A stretch of DNA of 64,000 bases from positions 13,831 through 77,830 of the forward strand of contig CALEMW010000054.1 in assembly GCA_937910695.1 (NCBI GenBank). Direction: 5' to 3'. This document shows positions 62,020 to 64,000 of this stretch, one piece after another; positions within the stretch are counted from its first letter, which is position 1; each line of letters opens with the position of its first letter. The position numbers were made by a program, and so were the translations under genes. The notes beneath the pieces were generated by a model, which saw nothing but the letters and a program-made list of their open reading frames with translations, did not search any database and was not told the DNA's origin. This DNA is from an uncultured bacterium. Lineage in GTDB: Bacteria > Krumholzibacteriota > Krumholzibacteriia > LZORAL124-64-63.

Positions 62020-64000
62020 ATGACCACAGGTCCACAGTCCACACGAGGGGCGGCTTCTTGTCGATTCTCACCCCGACGGGGGGTCGCTGACAAGATCCTA
62101 TTGGCCATGGCGTTCACTCTCATGGTCGCATCAGGAACCTGGGCCGATACGGGGCCAGCAGAATCAGCATGGATTCAGCATGTCAACGGACAAGACGACG
62201 AAGCCCGACATCTGCTGACCGGAGTCTCGATCGACGACGCCCGCGCCGTTTGGCTCAGGGGCTGGTTGGGATACTCCGGCGACTCTCCTCTCGCCCTGGC
62301 CGCCACTCTTGAAGCCGCAGGCGGCGAAGCCGTCCCGGCCTACACTGCCGCCCTCGCCGTCGCCGAAGCCGGCATCGACAGCCTCGGCATCCTGGTCTGC
62401 CTGGAGCGTTTGGCCACCCTGGCGGTCGAGGAGCGTCGCACCGAAGATGCCGTCGCTCATCTCGAACGGACCCTCATCCTCACCGATCTGCTCGACCAAC
62501 CCGTCGCCGCGCTCCTCGCCCACCTCGACCAGGGCCGGGTGCTGGTGCGCACCCGCGATGTGGAAGGCGCCACCCTGCACCTCGAAACCGCCCGCGCCAC
62601 GGCCGCAGAGCTGGGCATCCATCGCTGGCATGCCGACGCCGCCATGGCGTTCTCCATCGTCCATCGCCTGCGAATGGATCTCGAGGCATCGCTCGCCCTG
62701 CGAGAAGAGGCCTATGAAGCCTACACCGAGGCCGACTTCTTGCCGGGCCGCGCCAGGGCCCAGCATTACATCGGCACCATCCACGCCATGCGCGGCGAAC
62801 TGACGAAAGCCATGGTGCGCCTTCGCTCAGCCGAAGATCTCGCGCGCGAGTCGGGCAGCCTGGACGTCCTGGGCGGCTGCCTGGGAGACCAGGCCGGCAT
62901 CCACTACCTCATTGGAGAATTCGAACGCGCCGTGGATCAATACAATGAAGCCGCCTCCCTGGTCACCGATCCGCGGCGTGTGGGATGGTACGAGAACAAC
63001 ATCGGCTCGATTCTCTCTTACCAGCAGCGTCACGAAGAGGCTCTACCCCATTTCGCAACCGCACTGGCTTCGGTGCGCGCCACCGGCGACCGCAACACCG
63101 AGTCGACGATCATGCTCGCCATGGGCCAGACCCTGAGCGACCTCGGGCGGGTTGACGAAGCCCTCGACATCCTCGACCAGGCCATCGCCCACGCCCGCGA
63201 ATGGGATATCCCCCTGGACGAAGCCAAGGCCATCGAGGTCAAGGGCCACTCCCTGCTCGACGCCGGCCGTGTAGATGAAGCGGCGCCCTTGCTCGTCGCC
63301 GCCGGCGAGATGGCTGAGCGACTCGGCTACTTTGACCTTCAGGACTCCGTTCATCGCGGTCTGGCCACAGTGGCCCGACGTCAGGGCCGCCTTCACGACG
63401 CCATCGCTCACCTCGAACGGGCCGCCGCCACGGTGCAGGACGTCCGCCGCCGCAGCGGAGGCTCGGCCAGCGTGCAAAGCGGATATTTCGGCCAGGTGGG
63501 TCCCGCGTTCACCGAACTGGTGGACGTGCTCGACGATCTGAACGAACAGGAACCAGGAGCCGGCCACGATCACCGCGCCTGGGAGGTCGTCCAGCGCGGC
63601 CGCGCCAGGACCCTGCTGGACATGCTGGCCGAAGCCGAAGTGGATCTTCGCATCAGGGCCGATGCCTCCTATCGCGATCGGGAATCGGAACTCCTGACGG
63701 CCATGGCCGGCCTCGACGCACGCCGTCTCGCAGCCCCCGACAGCGCCGTCATCTTCCAGAGACAGGCCGTACAACTCGAAACGAACCTAGAAACCCTCGA
63801 AGCCGAACTGCGTGCAGCCGACCCCCGCTACGCAGAGCTGCGCTATCCCCGGCCGGTGAGTCTGACGGACATCCAGAGTGAAGTGCTGCAACCCGGCGAA
63901 GCTCTGCTCGAATACCAGCTGGGCGACGACCGCTCCCACGCCTGGATCGTCGGCACCGACCGGTTCGTAATGCACCGTCTCGCCGGACGCTCCGAAATCG
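62020..64000 (+). CDS. Secreted TPR-repeat protein with C-terminal CHAT (caspase-like) domain; 3' partial (runs off window). Absent from the supplied ORF track because no stop is reached
   Basis: Hand translation from ATG 62020 (or 62107) is open to 64000. Signal peptide 'ILLAMAFTLMVASGTWA'. TPR-like helices. CHAT N-terminal signature '...GEALLEYQLGDDRSHAWIVGTD'. Confidence 0.7.
   Translation, partial: MTTGPQSTRGAASCRFSPRRGVADKILLAMAFTLMVASGTWADTGPAESAWIQHVNGQDDEARHLLTGVSIDDARAVWLRGWLGYSGDSPLALAATLEAAGGEAVPAYTAALAVAEAGIDSLGILVCLERLATLAVEERRTEDAVAHLERTLILTDLLDQPVAALLAHLDQGRVLVRTRDVEGATLHLETARATAAELGIHRWHADAAMAFSIVHRLRMDLEASLALREEAYEAYTEADFLPGRARAQHYIGTIHAMRGELTKAMVRLRSAEDLARESGSLDVLGGCLGDQAGIHYLIGEFERAVDQYNEAASLVTDPRRVGWYENNIGSILSYQQRHEEALPHFATALASVRATGDRNTESTIMLAMGQTLSDLGRVDEALDILDQAIAHAREWDIPLDEAKAIEVKGHSLLDAGRVDEAAPLLVAAGEMAERLGYFDLQDSVHRGLATVARRQGRLHDAIAHLERAAATVQDVRRRSGGSASVQSGYFGQVGPAFTELVDVLDDLNEQEPGAGHDHRAWEVVQRGRARTLLDMLAEAEVDLRIRADASYRDRESELLTAMAGLDARRLAAPDSAVIFQRQAVQLETNLETLEAELRAADPRYAELRYPRPVSLTDIQSEVLQPGEALLEYQLGDDRSHAWIVGTDRFVMHRLAGRSEI

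Noticed and set aside
1-64000. CRISPR arrays, tRNA/rRNA genes, integrases/transposases
   Set aside because: No regularly spaced direct repeats, no cloverleaf-compatible sequences in intergenic regions, and no recombinase/transposase motifs were found by eye. Covariance-model scans would be needed to exclude small ncRNAs.

Overview
High-GC (~65-70%) bacterial contig, gene-dense on both strands, with no rRNA, tRNA or CRISPR array recognisable by eye. Several FlgD-Ig/T9SS-type C-terminal sorting domains ('YPNPFNP...VYDVSGRLV'), a gingipain-type protease and many ECF sigma/anti-sigma pairs point to an FCB-group organism (Gemmatimonadota-like or a related candidate phylum); this is inference only. 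Left to right the window holds: an SppA protease; an ECF sigma / zf-HC2 anti-sigma / DUF4097 trio; a T9SS-CTD beta-propeller gene interrupted by an in-frame TGA; a tetraheme cytochrome c convergent with a CbcL-like 11-heme cytochrome c / cytochrome b fusion; a 4-gene Na+-translocating methylmalonyl/oxaloacetate-type decarboxylase operon with a perfect palindrome upstream; an SPFH protein; two translationally coupled secreted caspase-like (C14) proteins, the first carrying two PPC domains; two VOC genes flanking a Bax-inhibitor-1 gene; a TetR-TolC-MFP-RND efflux operon; an ArnE/F-like gene plus an epimerase; a PPC-domain secreted protein; a large T9SS cargo protein; an ECF sigma with an anti-sigma fused to a YfbK-like vWA sensor; ada; a 1592-aa gingipain-like C25 protease and an M14 carboxypeptidase, both with T9SS CTDs; a fused MFS/spermidine-synthase protein; a decayed czc-type heavy-metal efflux remnant next to a lower-GC island (OMP, lamin-tail-domain protein, HExxH lipoprotein); pfkA with an odd upstream SD/mini-ORF/terminator element; a SulP-STAS-rhodanese(Cys->Ser) transporter; an alpha/beta hydrolase; a THUMP RNA methyltransferase; and an ECF sigma / anti-sigma / secreted protein module divergent from a TPR-CHAT gene that runs off the window end. 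Many long R/G/P-rich ORFs in the six-frame track are antisense artefacts of high GC and were not called.
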